This document shows positions 22,655 to 37,980 of a stretch of 64,000 nucleotides of DNA, piece after piece (the first letter of the stretch is position 1; each line of letters opens with the position of its first letter). Under the pieces are notes generated by a model that was not told the DNA's origin, ran no database searches, and saw nothing but the letters and a program-made list of their open reading frames with translations. Where the stretch lies: positions 49,600,001 through 49,664,000 of the forward strand of contig NC_087246.1 in the NCBI RefSeq assembly GCF_037042905.1. Reading direction: 5' to 3'. The stretch is from Lytechinus pictus. Lineage: Eukaryota. Both the position numbers and the translations under genes were made by a program.

Positions 22655-25414
22655 GGCGAGCCACTTAACCATTAGCACCCCCCCTTCATGATCTACATTC
22701 TTTTCTTGCCTTATTGGAAAAGGGAGGTCTCTAAGTGATATCAGTAATGAAACGATTTGTATGTTAGGATTCACGATGGCATTGTTTCACTAAACTATAT
22801 TTCATCCCATTGGAATATCAGTTTCAATAGCAGTGTGTCTCAATTGGATATCAGTGATTTTAGTGGAGGTGCATATTTGTGAAACAGTGCTCACAGAGTC
22901 CTTAGAATTTGAATCTGCAGGATTTTGGCAGAAGAACATGGATTTTTAAACTTTTTTGAAAGTTCATGAACTCTGTCTTCTGGATTGGAGAAATGTAACT
23001 TTAGTGGGTCCTCTTTACCAATGCAAAGTGTAGTTGTATCGTTAAGATGCCATAGGAATGAAAATAGTACAACTTCTTATCCTTTTCGTCTCGGGGTAAG
23101 ATTTAATTGAAAGAGATATGTATTTTTAGATATCACGCACAGTATAGTTAAAGGCAAGAAAGATGCACGACTGAAGGTTACGACTAGTAAATATGAATAA
23201 AGCTATAATGTTAATTCTTCCTGGATGCTTTTAAGGAATTTCATCAGAGGATCCTGACATCGTGGTGTAGAAATAATTAGTTTTCTTTCTGTTTATAAGC
23301 CTAATCATCTGTTTACATCTGAACATTTGACAATGGCTTGGTTCATCCTTGGTAGATGAAACTGTTGAATCACCAGATAATGCCAAGAATATGCAAATGT
23401 ATCAATGTTTTGGAGATTCTAGCCTACTTGGCTTTCTTAGCTCTTCATGTTTGTATAATAGGTGTTGCAGTCCGTACACACAATGCAATTTTAATAACTG
23501 GTTCGTGTTGATGAGCTTGTCCTGTTTGGTGTTGGTCTGTGGACATTCTGATCTTGGATGACATCTGTGATTGCTTGGTGATCGTGCTTATGGTATCTGC
23601 ATCAAGCAGGAAATCATTTGATAACGTTTCTCGGTATTGAAGAGAACGGTCTTTTCTGCTCATCATGTGCTTTTGAAAATAATACCATGACCTGCTGAAG
23701 GAATGTGTAGTCTTGTTCCATAAGACAAAGAATTTAATCATGTTTTGTAATAACGTACTCTGAGACTGGATGTGAACTATGCTGATAAAGACTTGTTATG
23801 AAGAGCAGCTTTGAAAGTAGCAGCTAGAGGATGCTGGCTTCAGTGAGAGAGCAGTCCGGTGTTTCAATGTGTATTTGCCAAAGGAAAGTGATGGTCCATG
23901 ACATTGATATTTGGAGAGACAAGATGGAGACGGAATGGACAGACGTCAAGACTAATGATGAAACGATGACAATATCAGGACTATCAAAGATTTGTATTAT
24001 TGAGGAAGCTTTAATTTGCTAATTGTGCTCTGTGCAAAAAAAAAGAAATTAAGGATATTTTATATGAATGGGAGTGTAGGTAGAGATGTTTTGGATGTTT
24101 TTTATTGTAAAAGAATGTGTCGCATGTTGCGGTTTACAAATGTACATAGACATAATAAGAAGAGAGGGTTTTTTTTTTATGAGGCAACATGTTATGATAC
24201 TGGCGTGTTTTATATATGATTATCATGTCAATCTATTTGAATGCTTCTTTCTTCATATGATCATAGCAGAGACGCATATATGATGCATGTGGAGTTGATG
24301 CCATGCGGAATCTAAAAAACAAAATTTCTCAAATGATAATCATCTATTGTAATTGACTAAAGGTAAAAGAGGATATTACATTAACTTGAAAGATCATTTT
24401 TTTAAATATACTAAAACTTTCGTAAGGTTTAAAGAGGATTCATTTTGCAACAGTGTAGACATAAAACCCTGCAAAATTTGTTATTTTTTGTAAGTAAAGA
24501 AAAGAAATCACATATTGCTTTTAAAAGTGGGAAATTGCTTGTCTTTGCATTGATTTGAGTTCATATCATGTGCATATGTAGCACCTATATCATGATATAA
24601 TTCATCATATAACATATATAATGCTACATTTTAAAGTAAAACATACTTCCCAAATTGCACTTAGCACGAAGTATTGACATCTATTTTTAAGTCGCTCATT
24701 TTAAGTTGCCATTATTTTATGTTAAATGTTTTTTTTTTCATTTTAGGCACTGCAATACAAAAGATGGTCTTGATTAGGGATAGATTCCACTGTAATTCAA
24801 CCATTGTATTACATTAATGATATGAAAAATACTAATCATTTTTCTTTAAGGAATGGTACTTCTTTTGTGTTTCAAACGTTGAAGCCTGGCCCAAAAGCAG
24901 TTTCACATATTTAGACACAGATTCAGTGTAATAGATTTCTGAATTTATTTTGCATTGGAACAAAAATTTCCTGAAAACTAGAAAGATAAAGCAAAACATT
25001 GCAAAAATGGAGAACCCTATATTTCTTAAAACCTGTTCCTCTATGTTAATGTGTATACGAACTTCTTGCATTTTAATTGTGATATTATTTTTTCTATAAT
25101 GTTTTCGAATTTCCCTCTTAGAAAGGCAATACATATTGGTAAGCCACCTTTAATTATCACTCTGATGTAGTTACGGTTATTGGACATGTATTTCTATGTT
25201 CCGAAATATATTTTACAAAAGCATCTTTAAATTTGTTGTCTTTCCTTCTTTTTATGTTTGTTACTTGTATTGTAACTAAGACTTCTTTTTAAACAGTTTT
25301 AACATAATTATGATTTCATTTTCATTAGAGGTTATTTTCAGTTTGTTATGTGTCATATATGTTTTCAAGGCACACTTGTACAGCATTACCGCATTGATTG
25401 GTATGTGATGATAA

Positions 25415-25638
25415 CCTGGGGGGGGGGGGGGTGTTTCACAAAGAATTGAATTTGAAATCATGCTTAGTGTTAGGCGCGCACATGATGTTTAATGCCCAAT
25501 CTCATTGATGGCTCTGCAGTACTGCGCGTCCACTAAACATCATCTGATTAATGCACTGAGGCATTGTGGACTGTGCGCAAATGGGATTTTAAGTGTGATT
25601 TTTAGTCAAGCTTCAATCTTGTGAAACCACCCCCCAGG
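25415..25638. mobile_element. MITE, possibly inside the TRPC4AP 3'UTR
   Basis: CCTGGG(G)nTGTTTCACAAAGA...TCTTGTGAAACCACCCCCCAGG. Confidence 0.7.
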
Positions 25639-26088
25639 TTTACTGCAAATATATATATACATTATTAGATGGTTCCATTTTCAGGCCATAATAACTGTGT
25701 ACAGGGACTTGCAAAGGAGCAATAGCAAGTAACTTTCACTATACAACCATGTATATTTATGATTTTTTGAATTATTTCACTCAGTTTTCTGACAGTAAAG
25801 TTTATTCAAAATTGCACATTTTGCAAATTGGAATGAAACCTTTTTTTTCTAGTTCCACTATCAAAAGACATATGGTTTATATTATTCTGTTATGTTTCCA
25901 CATAATTTTTCTCACCTGTGATAAGAAATGTTTCCCCAAATTTACGATTGAAGAATTCCCTTTTGATTCATTTCTCATGAAGGATAAGACAAACTTTGCT
26001 TGTAAAACAAAAACTCACAGTAGTTCCTGCTTTCTTCTCATTTTATATTAACACACATTTCATTTAATAACTGTCATGTAATTACTAG

Positions 26089-26094
26089 AATAAA
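26089..26094 (+). terminator. Candidate TRPC4AP polyadenylation signal (AATAAA)
   Basis: AATAAA followed by T/GT-rich sequence. Alternatives at 23196, 26521 and 31445 cannot be excluded. Confidence 0.3.
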
Positions 26095-26689
26095 ATCTTA
26101 TCATTTGTTGTATTATAGCACTGAACATCTTTTTCTCCATCCTATCACTTGTAATACTTTCAGTAACGTTTACAGGGGCCCTGTCTAACAATGAAATCAA
26201 CTGAATCAATCACTTTCAACTATGGAAAGCCAGTTTCACCATCATCTGGAATTCATGTATCCATTCACAGTGTTACCTGGAAGGCATAGATACAGATGAT
26301 GACATGAATTGCTTTCCATAGTTGAAGATGATTCGGTCAATCACTCAGAACCATATTGTAAACCGTTTGGTTCAAGTGTAATTTCCATGTCATGCAACAG
26401 GGAAAAATATATGGAATTCCCTTGCAGTATTGAAACTCTAAATGAAAGAAAGAATTTTTTTAAAACTGGAATGTTTGTAAACGAATGTCACCTGTGCTGT
26501 TCCCTGCATGGAATATTGTCAATAAATTGTAAATGAATTCTCAATGATAATAGTCTCTCACTGTACTTTTTATTATTATGTAGCCTCATAATGCCATTTA
26601 AACCTTAATCATCTCTTTGATTTTTTATTTTATTTTAATTTTTCAATGCAGCATTTACACTTGTCTGTGAAATTACAAAGTTGCATCAG

Positions 26690-26960
26690 GGCCCCATCTT
26701 ACAAAGAGTTACGATTGATCCAATCATTCGTGACTCTATGGAAATCCATCAGTGTCATCATTTTTTCTACAGGAAATTTGCAAAATGTCCTTTGTAAACA
26801 AAGGAGAACACACCAAATTGTCAAGAAATCAATGAATTTATGGATATACATTCATATCTAGAATTTTGTTAGAACAAACATGCATTTTATATGTTGACTT
26901 TGCTGGCTTTCCATAGTTGCGATTGATAACGTCAATCGCAACTCTTTGTAAGACAGGCCC
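26690..26960. mobile_element. Harbinger-like MITE with CAG TSD
   Basis: CAG|GGCCCCATCTTACAAAGAGTTACGATTGA...TCAATCGCAACTCTTTGTAAGACAGGCCC|CAG. Confidence 0.8.
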
Positions 26961-27089
26961 CAGGCTTTTCTTCCCTTTTACAGGTATTCAGTATACTACA
27001 CTATCCAAAAAAAGGAAAGAAAACTCATCAATTTATTGTTATTCTCTGTTTAATAATGATAAAAATGATTACATACAGACCAATGTTGT

Positions 27090-27400
27090 GGAGCGTTTTG
27101 GCCCAGTGGATTAGTCTCCGGACTTTGAAACAGAGGGTCGTGGGTTCGAATCCCAGCCATGGCGTAATTTCCTTCAGCAAGAAATTTATCCACATTGTGC
27201 TGCACTCAACCCAGGTGAGGTGAATGGGTACCTGGCAGGAATTTATTCCTTGAAATGCGTGTGCGCTGTAATCTTAGTAATTACAGCAGCCAAGCTACAG
27301 CTGGGGTAATAATATCCAAGTCCTTTGGAAGCGCATAGAGACATTATTCATAATTGTGATATGCGCTATACAAGTACTGTTTATTATTATTATTATTATT
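27090..27400 (+). mobile_element. Full-length tRNA-derived SINE (Deu/Nin-type core suspected)
   Basis: A box TGGCCCAGTGG, B box GGTTCGAATCCC, conserved central core, LINE-like 3' stem (GCGCATA...TATGCGC), (TTA)n tail. Confidence 0.88.
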
Positions 27401-28291
27401 AAAAATTTGCATACACTCTTAGGTTTAATGAATAATTATTTGATTGAATTTGTAGCCTCATCGGAATGAAAGGGGTACAGTAGTGCATTACATTAATACA
27501 GAGTGCTTATCAATGTAATGTACATTATTTCTTCAAGTAGCTGTGTAATACAATACCGAGTTTTAATCGTAAAAATGACATTAAAACCTTCATTGCAGAT
27601 AGGCACTTCTTTTTTTTCCACCGTTTCTTTTCTCATTTCTTTACAACTTTGGTCTGGTGATCACTGTAAATATTTTGAGATGGCCTTTAGTCTTTTATGA
27701 TAATGTGATATACTTTTGGCTCCTGAGATACCTCAGTGATAACATGAAAGGATCTTTCTTCAAACGTGCTGTAATATCGGACGCATAGAATACTTGCAGA
27801 TGCTAGCCTTCAGATATTACATTCACCAGAAGCATGAAAAAACTGTATCAGGTTTTCATAATTCGAAAGATTACAGAACTTTAAAAGGTTATATTTTAGT
27901 TGTTACATATTAGCATAAATATCCAAGTGCATGAATATTCATGCTGATGGGAATGTTTTTGAAATGTTAATACCTTGGAGATGAAGTGAGGTGTTCTTTT
28001 TTATTAGTTCATTGTATCATTGCTTTATTGATACCTCATTAATCCTAGTTTGATAAGCCAACTTTATGTGGAAGTATTTTCCACTAAATTCTGACATGTA
28101 CAATGATCTGAGTTCAGGTTTATAAAAAATTGTAAAAAAAACCATGGGAAGATAATGAAAGAGATATTACGGCTGTCATATACGACATATTTCTTTTATA
28201 TATAGTTACCATCGTGACCCAATTTCAAAAGTAAAATTCACACTCAGGGTATTGCACAAGTCCAATCTACCGAGTTACAGTTACAGACTAG

Positions 28292-28470
28292 CTGACTTAC
28301 TTACTTTACTTACTTTATTTTACTTACTTTACTAACTTACTTATTTTACTAACTTACTGAACTAACTTACTTACTTTACTTAGTTACTTACTAACTTACT
28401 TTACTTACTTACCTACCCACCCACCCACCTACCTACCTTGCCACCTACTTACCTACCTATTACTTACTTT
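28292..28470. repeat. (TTAC)n/(CTAC)n/(CCAC)n compound microsatellite
   Basis: Seen directly. Confidence 0.9.
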
Positions 28471-31400
28471 TATACCCCAAAATGGTGCAATCTTGTAATG
28501 AGAGTATTGATGTACTCAACTTGTTTCAGATCTTTACATATATCTTAGAACTGTCAAATAATACTACATAAATTATTTGAGGGTGACATTAAGGGGAAAA
28601 ATTGAAAAGATAAAGATTGTTCACATATGGATACTCTAGATATTTTTTTAAAAGTGATATTTCCTTCTCACAAAAGTGATCAGGTGAAATCAAGCGCCAT
28701 TAACAATTGTAATGTTGTCCAGTTTCTGGCCAAGGAAGAAAGGATCAAGACAAAAAGGTTCCATCTGTTTAGAAAATGTAAATTGCATCTATTCAAAATA
28801 AGAAAGAAGTAAAAGAAACAGACTTCCTTCTGCAATATCAGGTTTGTTTCAAAATGCAATGGGATGTATCATTCCATTTCAACCAAATAAAAATAAAAGG
28901 TATTTAAGAGCAGTTCATGATTAATTCATGGTGGGATAAAATCACTGGATATTCCAAAAAGAGAAATAAGTGACAGTATCTTTAATGAAATCATGGACAG
29001 AAATGTCAATACCTATAACATATGCATGAAAGGGAATACCCCAGTTAAACTGCCATTTGAAGACAAGTGAAAAACAAAACCCCTAATGTCAATGGAAAGC
29101 AGAAAGAAGTTTTTCAAGATTTGCTATTTCTACTCTCTTGCGTCTCATTCCTAATTACCTCGGTCGAGATATAACCAAAAAAAATTCAATGAAAGCAGAT
29201 TGTTGTCAGAAAATTTAATTACTGAAACTTTATCGTGGTAGTTTGAGGAAGGAAAAAAAACGGATGGGGAGGAAAGAGAAGGTTTTGCGATGCCGGCTGG
29301 CGGATACACAGAACCACAGAAGTAACTGAAAACTTGCCATGCTCGGGGCGGTTGAGAAAGTTGTCAACTAAATGGCTATCAAATTTGTTTTTCAAAGGCT
29401 GAATGAAGACTCCTTTTTCTTTATTACTCTAGCTTTGGTTTTTGTTCGATTGATCGGTGATGTAAGCAAGCGCCTTTTAGATATCCTCTCAAGTCTCTTG
29501 CATGCTTCTAGCATCATCACCTATTTATCAAATCACTGATATATATATATATATATGTTTATCAAGCCTCGACTTACCCCTCATACTGAGTTCATTCTTT
29601 GATCTAGATGGTTATTTAGCTAGTATGTCAGCAAACGGTCAACATTGAATGTGTGCATACTAAACATCTAAACATCCTAAACTGGTTTAGAACTCTGATT
29701 TCTTGAGACTTTACCTTAAAAGCACATACAGTCAACTTTGTATTAGCAGCCGTCACTCGTCATGTATAGCAGCCACCAGGACCACTAAAACAGATTCCAA
29801 AGGGGGAATATTGTGTATAAGATCCCGTCTTCAGCAACCACCTGACTCTATTAAAGGCCGTAGGTTTTCTTTCCCTTGGTTGGTGACAAGAGACGGGTTT
29901 CAATTCAATTATATAGAGATACATTCAAAAGAGTTAGATTTTACAATAGTAATTATGCTTCTATTCCTAGGATAACCGTTTTAACTCCTAGCAGATCTTT
30001 CAACAGTCCCTGCATGATATTTGAGTGTCACCCTAATGAAAATTATGTTGTAAAAATACCAGAAGCAATTTTTAAAAGGAAGGTTTGAGGACACTCCAAA
30101 GATTGATAAATGCATGATAATCTTTAGGTTCTGATTCATGAAGTCATATATGAGCAGCTGTCCCATCTGTTATGTAATAATCATAAATTTCATTTTTTTA
30201 TGGTTCATGTGACTAGATTTTCCTTCTTTCTTGAGCGGGTGTGAAACAATTTGTCTGTTGATATATTAAATGTACAATAAAAACCATTTTCAATGTTTTG
30301 AGAATATGTCATTTGATGATTTGATTTGATTTTTTTTTTACTCCACAATGTATTGGGAAGGTGCTTGCATATGACGTCACAAATCAAAAAGTTAAATTCT
30401 TGATGGATTTTCCTCATACCTTCACCGGTATTGTTTAATTATTTCTTTCTGCTATTTTTGAAATTAACTTTTTGTCCGGGTGAAGAACTTCTTTAAATAC
30501 ATAGCACATGATAAGAAGGCATAAGGTCCAATGACCCATTATGAATTTTTTTAAATGACCAGGCCATGGATCCAACCCACATGCATTCCTGATCCAAGCA
30601 CTCAACCACTGAGCCACCATGTCCCACATTGCAAGTCTCTCATTATTTAGCCTTGATTGCGATAGTGGTTTAAGGTCAAATATCATCTATTTAGCCTTCA
30701 TGTTTCTTTTACATCTTTGTTAACATATCTCTGCTTTGACTTGTTGAATATGATTTCTTCATTTGGTATTAAACGGAGGTGGAAGAGACTTTCATGTTCC
30801 TAATATACATTTTACTTTCAACTTGAATAAATCCAGATACTTGGTTCAAGACTCGGCTTTCTCTCCATAAGGACTGCTATTCACAAATACCATTATTCAT
30901 AAGTATTGTAATCTATAACGTATCAAATTAATGGATGGCGATCCCTTATCACAACATTTACAACTAGCCAGCAAATACTCCAATTTCTGAGCAGCTATCA
31001 AGAATGGTTTGGGGCCTCCTTGCGTGACAAGAAACTCCTTAATTTTACAGTCATTTTCCATTTAAATTGTTACTATGATGTATTGACTTAGCTATGGAGT
31101 CATTTTAAAAATGCAGTTACAATAATGAAAACGTTACCCTAAATGTAAGCCTTTTTTGCATGGGATCTTGGTGGTTTTCACATGCATTTTACTTCTTATA
31201 CTCTAATTATGAGTTACAAAATGCTATGGATCACTTCAAAAGTAATCTTGTGGATGTGTTTCATTTGTACAGTTGCTTGTACTCAAGGCTCAACTTTATT
31301 TATATGTGAATATCTGTATGTATTTTATTTGCCAATGGAGGCATTACAGTTCTGGTTACAAGCAGAATATTTCTTCAGGAAATATTGTGATCATTTTAAT

Positions 31401-34400
31401 ATTTTACTTATGCTTTTATTTGGGAAGTGAAGGATTATAGCAACAATAAAACAAAATACATTTTATATCCATTACTTTTAAAAAATTGTAAATAAAAAAA
31501 GAATGAAGCAGATTGAATTGAATTTAGAATATTCAAATATTTTATGTTGTCCATTGTTATCATGTGGTTATAAGCAATCAAGGACATAGTCCTTTGAATG
31601 TACGTCAATGTTTCAAGTTCCTAAAAAAGGTGTACTTAATGACCCTCATTCTATCCCTGCAAATTGAACATTAGTGTATTTCTAAATCCGTTGACATTTT
31701 TGTCTGATTTGACCCAGTAAAATTTGGCATTTACTTTCAATTTGGTCATATTTTGACATCATTGCATTTAAATAGTATAGGTCGCACTTCAGGAAGGTTT
31801 GGGGTATTTGGTCGAGCGAACACAGTTAAGTGATTTAAGTGGTGTCTTGGAGTTGTTATTGTGTATTTGTGTGGTAGAGGTGTTTAGGGTAGGTATATAT
31901 AGAGAGACCCTTTCTAATATAAAAGCAAATTCATTACATTTGTACGTCCCAGCCCAGAGTAAACTCGGATCAATATGGGAAGTATTGAGAATAGAAATTG
32001 AGATGGACTTCACCAAGGCGAAATTACGGGACAGACAAGGGAAAGGATTTATGGTTATCAGCCATGAAACTATACCTTCAGTCAATAATTGCCTAACATG
32101 ATACAGAACAGGAGGAGATACCCGATCAGAAGAAAAGATAAGGAAATATAATAAGAAAGATGGCCGGGGATGTTTTCTAGATGACGGATGAGAGTCAATG
32201 ATGGTCTCGGGCATCCCAAGAAGAAGAGGAGTTGTAAGCTATTATAGCCATTGGAAAGAAACAATCTTTTATTTTTTGAAATGATACGTCTATTATATGT
32301 TATTTGTTTCCCAAGTTTTCCTCTTGCAAGGATGCTTCGCTTGGAGCAATGTTGGGGTGCTCGCTTACAGGCCCGCCTCTCCTGTTTCCCTTCGTTTAAA
32401 CTCGCAACGCCTCTCGCGTAAACAATAGAAGTAAGGGGATGAAACCCTGCTCTGGTGTTGCGGGCCATTCGCGAAACCCGAGCCCCATCTCATCTATCCA
32501 GTATTGGGGGGAGTGCTGCTCCTCCGATGCTATCCGGCTTGGGCCGGGATGGGCTAGCCATCTCCTTGTGGTTTTGCTCCACGGGATAACTGCGCTGCAA
32601 TTTATGATGGAATCGGAGCTCCCATTTAGGTCGGGTGATATCTGTTTTTCCATTAATTGATTTTTGCCACTGGTTTTTTTCGGAAATCAGATATTTTTGG
32701 TGCTCTATCCTCCCCCATAAAGTGAAGATACATTTTAATTCATTGTTCGACACAAATGGGTGTGATTTCGTCTTTGCTCCCGATCGTGTCCATGGGGTAA
32801 ACGGCAGACGACTTATCCTCTTGCAACGCCTTGGTATATATAGCGACAAACAACTTATCAAGCTAAAATCCACACATGATATGAGCCAGAAGTATGTTGT
32901 TTAGGTGTGTTCTATTATAGGTGTCTTGTTTCTCTTAACCTTCACTGTTTGAACCATGCTCACTTTCCTTCCTCCAATCAACTTGAATGTGTCGAGCAAT
33001 GTTCATCGATGAGCTGATCTAGTTTTGAATAACCTATCTAGTTGTTGTTTCTACAATGCTGTTTCAAGTGTTTCTGCAATCAATAACTTTTAACCAGCAA
33101 AAGCTTTGCTCTTGGAAGTGAAACAAAAATTGCAGATGTGAATATCACTTTCTTTAATCTCATATATTTTTTATGCATAGAGTAATGGATTTATAGTTGT
33201 CTTTTGACAATTTTTCTTTTTTTTTTCCTCCATACTTTGAATTGACTCACAGCTTCCTGCATTTTTTTTATAACACACAAGATTTTTTTTTCATTTACAT
33301 TTGAACCAGGTGTACGATCCAATGTCCTTAGGCATATGTTTTAAGTGGTGTAGAATAAAATGAACATATTTGGATTATTAATTGAGATTAAGTTCTAGCA
33401 AGAAGCAAAGAGAAGTATAAGTATCAACATTTATGCTCTGGGAAATTTTTTTACAATATTTGAAATCACTTAGGTCTGGGGAAAAGTATCTACAAAAATC
33501 ATTTGGTTTTGTAGAGTAGGAACTACTGCTTTTAATGGGACAATTTCATTTCAGGGCAAAAAGTTACTGATTTATGTCCATCTGATATGTTCTACTAATT
33601 CAACAGACCTAAATGCCCATGGGGTATGTCGCATTGCCAAATTTCTTTATATTTTTCTTTTGAATCTGTACATTACATGCTATGTCAACTCCCTTTTCTT
33701 TTCCTATCATTTATCAAACTACAAAGAAGAAATACAATCTATTATCATTTTTAAAGGAAGAATAAGATTTTAGAAATTTAATGTTGAAAATTTTCCTTTG
33801 AAATGCCTCCCTATTTGTGATGTATCTAATATTGTATGCCCTATTTGATGAGCTTTTATTGAAAATGAATCTCAAAGTAAAGATTCCCTAAGTATACATA
33901 ATGTTCTACATGATTAAACAGCTTTTTCGACAAAAATTCTAATAACAATATTTAAGGTATTCATTTGGTGGGAAAATGTCAAAGATGTGTTGGAGAAGAA
34001 CAAAATTTGGCATTCTGTTGAAAAATGAAACTCTTGTTGCTTTACAAATATAATGAATAGCATTATGAAATGTATTTCTATGATAGTCATCCGATCAAAC
34101 CAACCTTTTCACTCCTTTTGAAAAGCGCTTGGTACTTTATGATGTGGGAGATTTCATATGAATAATAGCGATATTAACCAATGTGATTTAATGGTGTCTG
34201 CTTATTATGACATATTTTCTGTTTGTTAATCTGGTTTAATTACAGTTTTACTGTGACAGCAATTTGTTAAAACGGAAAGGAACATGTACATAATCATTAA
34301 GTTGAGTTATTGTACTGTTTATTCATACATATTTGTATGATATATTAGTCTTAGAGAGAGAGGGGGGAGAGAATCTAAGATTAAAAATTGTTTACTTGTA

Positions 34401-36240
34401 TAAGAAAATGACAATTTAAAAGGAAGTTATTATACAGTTATTGAAAGAAAAAAAACATGATCTTTAGGTAAAGATAAATACACGTTTAAAGTATTATGGG
34501 GAGTAACAAGCTGTGAAAAAGGAAAAAAAGAAAAGATAATACAAGAGTTTTGAGCCATCCTCTTCATGACTTGTAGACCATCTGTTAGATGGATAAGAAG
34601 ATGTATTGAGTGAAAAGGGGTAGGTAAATATTACAAATTAAAAAGAGATTGTTGGGGATTTGTACATGTACCTCCTTGACCTTCCTGGTCGTCTTTGTGA
34701 GGAGTCTGTTAAATAGATTGTAGGTAAAAAGACGATACAGAACAGAATAAAGGGTATATGGGCTGGCTTGAACTTCATCACGGGGGGGGGGGGGGGGGGA
34801 GGGGTACGTGTTAGAGACAGTGGGATGGGTCTTGAACAATGAATCAAAACTAAAATGTGCTAAAAATCCCTATATCCAATTGGTTGAAAGGAACTTCATC
34901 AGGAATTACTGACAATTTGTTTGGGAGGGGGTCTTTAAACATGAATCAAATCTGAAATCTACTGAAAATCGCTGCATCCAATTGGCTTAAAATGACCTCA
35001 TCAAACTTTCCTAACAATTTGATCTCTGCCAATCATAATTTTGGACTAAAATAACAAAACAAGGGAAGTTCAGCTCCAACTATGAATATCATGATATGAC
35101 AATACATGTATTGTAAATCAACCAATTGATCAAATTATCTGGGTCATGTCATACTTTGAGTTGTTATTGATCAATTTCATCTTCTGTTTGGAAACTTGGT
35201 GATACGTTTTCATCTAGTGTACATTATGTTTTATCAAAGAGTCCTTAAAATATGATAAAAACTTATTTATCATTGGTTTGACCAATCAGTGAATCTTTTT
35301 TTTTATCCAAATAGGTTTATGCAAAGGGGTGGTGCATACACCTATAAAGGATTATGATACTTGTGGCTTGCCATAGTTAAGATTAATTGAATTGATTGTA
35401 ACCATTTGTGCAACAAGGCTAAAACCCACGCATGTTGAAAAATAAGTGGGTCCTCTTATATAGGACATGTTTGTTCAAATACCTTCATAAATTCGTGGCA
35501 TGATATTTTTTTTTAATGCATTTGATAATTACATGTTAAAGTACATGCAGTTGGTTTCGAGGAGGATGGGGGGGAGGAGCTAAGGATTTTCGTATATATT
35601 TTTCTCAAGTGAATAACAGGGTTATAAGAGTAAACCACCCACATCTACCTCCTTTTCATATTCTTCTTTCCCCTTTTACCTCTTTTCACTACTTAAAAAA
35701 TCACGAGAGGGGTGGGGCAGTTGCCCTTGGTAATAATAACCCCAGAATCTTGTTCTGTACCCTCATTTTGAAATTATAAAGCTCATTATAATGTACATAG
35801 ATTTTTTGCTTGACCAAGTAGGTCATCCCATGATAAAGTCATCACTCTAAATCAAAAGCATTATTCCTTTTACAAGGAGGGGTAATTTTGTTTTTACACT
35901 TTTTTATTGTCTTTTGTGTTCACATGTTTTATTCTAAAAGAGGGGGGTGCACCAAGATTATGCCACTTTCAGGTGCTTAACGTCACTGACACGATTTCAT
36001 TTGTTGATTTAAAACAGAATTCATGAAGCTCATGGATTTTTCTGAATTTTATAGGATGGAACCCCCTCCCCCCCTGTCTACCCCATACATCATTTTAGAT
36101 TTATTCCATGATGTGCCATTTCTAAGAAAAAAAGTAAAAAATAATCTTATCTATGCATTCAATACACATGTGTAAGCAGATCATTATTTCAACATGCTTT
36201 GAATTATTTCTCAAATCATCATGGATCCTTAAAGTGGCAG

Positions 36241-36735
36241 TTAAAGAGGAAGTTCCCCCTGACATTGAGGTGGTTTGTAATAAAAGCAGAAAAATTGAGA
36301 AAAATATTGGTAAACTGAAAGTTTGATGAAAATCCATCAAAGCATGAAAGCTATGAATGTTTAAAGTTTTTGATGTGTGACGTCATGTGGGAGCACTTCC
36401 CCCATATTAGGAACATTAATTCTAAGTTTTTGATGTAAAATGATGAATCAAAATATTTTTTCTTCTAAAAGGGGGTATGAAATGACATGCCTGCTGATAA
36501 ATTTACCATGCACATAAAGCATTTTCAATTTTTATTAGAAAATGGCATTTTTGAAAATTTTGTTAACAACATAATGGAGAAGCTGCTAGTCTGTGATATC
36601 ACAAAATAGAAATGTAAAAAATTCATAAATCTGTTATTCTTAGTCAAATTTTCATCAAACCTTCAGTAATATTTTTTATTTTTTGTTCTTGTTTATATTA
36701 AAACCAACTTATTGTCATGGTGATCTTCCCCTTTG
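36241..36735. mobile_element. TTAA-associated Kolobok-like non-autonomous element
   Basis: TTAA-AGAGGAAGTTCCCCCTGACA...TGTCATGGTGATCTTCCCCTTT; related copies at 1-103, ~30090-30495, ~37062 and ~55865-56330. Confidence 0.65.
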
Positions 36736-37980
36736 AGTCGATTGTATTTGACTTTATAAAAGAGATATTTTCAAGTACATAGCTCTGTTATTCCTGATTA
36801 TAAAACCAACCTGTGAGGTGGACTCCCCAATAGTTATCCAAATAAATCCATTATCCCCCGCCAAATTAATGTGGATGCAATGTATAATGCTGTTTATGAA
36901 GGTATCCATGACTTTACAAATTACTTGAATTTGAGAGCAAGACTGTTTATGTACAATTTTCTCATGTTTTAAAAATCATGGCTTTATTTCAATTTAATTT
37001 AAAGTTTTTCTTCCCCAAAAATGTGTTTCTTGAAGAAAAACTCTATTCAACATCTGTATACTTAAGGTGAAGTCCACCCCAACAAATTTAATTGAAAAGA
37101 GAGGAAAATCAAATAAGCATGACAATTATAATGCTTTAAAAATTCATCAAAATTGGATGCGAGATAAGAAAGCTGTGACATTTTAAAACTTGTCTTATTT
37201 TCATAAAACGGCACATTCTGGCAATTCAATTTTTTTTCTTCACCGATTCAAAATAAACTGATTAATGAATTAACACATTCCTTGAGGAATGAAACCCACT
37301 TTTCTATTGTTGGGGGGAAAATGGAAATATTTGATAATTCAAATATCAACTACACAATACAAGTTGCTCTCTCATTTGCGTACCACCAATACTTCAATCT
37401 TGACAATGTCACTATAGATAGATTGGTATGTTTGTAGTTATTGAGACATTTGTCATGTACATGCTGTGCCTCAACCGGGAGGGGAGGACACACTCTATTT
37501 CATGCATTTTTTGGTCGTACATTGTACTGCAATGTATATAATAGAGGACCAGCCCTATCCTGAGTAATATATGAAGCATAATAGACCATCATATCATGGG
37601 AATGTATATAGTTTCAAATCAGATCATAAGGTAGGTGTAGTACATTTCAATCTACAATGTGATGGTAGGTAATCTATCAGAAATTAAAAACATATATTCA
37701 TATGCTATACAATAAAATCCTAAATGTTTTTTTTTTCATAATTTTTTAATAGTTTTATATTAGTGAACATATACCTTTGATTCAATGCATGCATAAAATC
37801 AACGGATGGTAGGTATGGTAAATAGGTATAATTTTCATTAATTTGTAGATTTTTACCTCATTTGTAAATCAATTATGATCAAGACCATAGTGGTTGAAAT
37901 GATGTACATTGTGGTGGTGATTTTGTTTAAGACCAGATTGTAAAACAGTACAAGCAACCAGGGGACCCAATTAAGCTTCA

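Noticed and set aside
27090-27165. Possible tRNA gene
   Set aside because: A and B boxes are present, but there is no proper acceptor stem and it continues into a SINE core and (TTA)n tail.
31789-32904. Cluster of 70-141-aa ORFs on both strands
   Set aside because: No recognisable protein motifs or coherent splice structure; explained by higher GC content.
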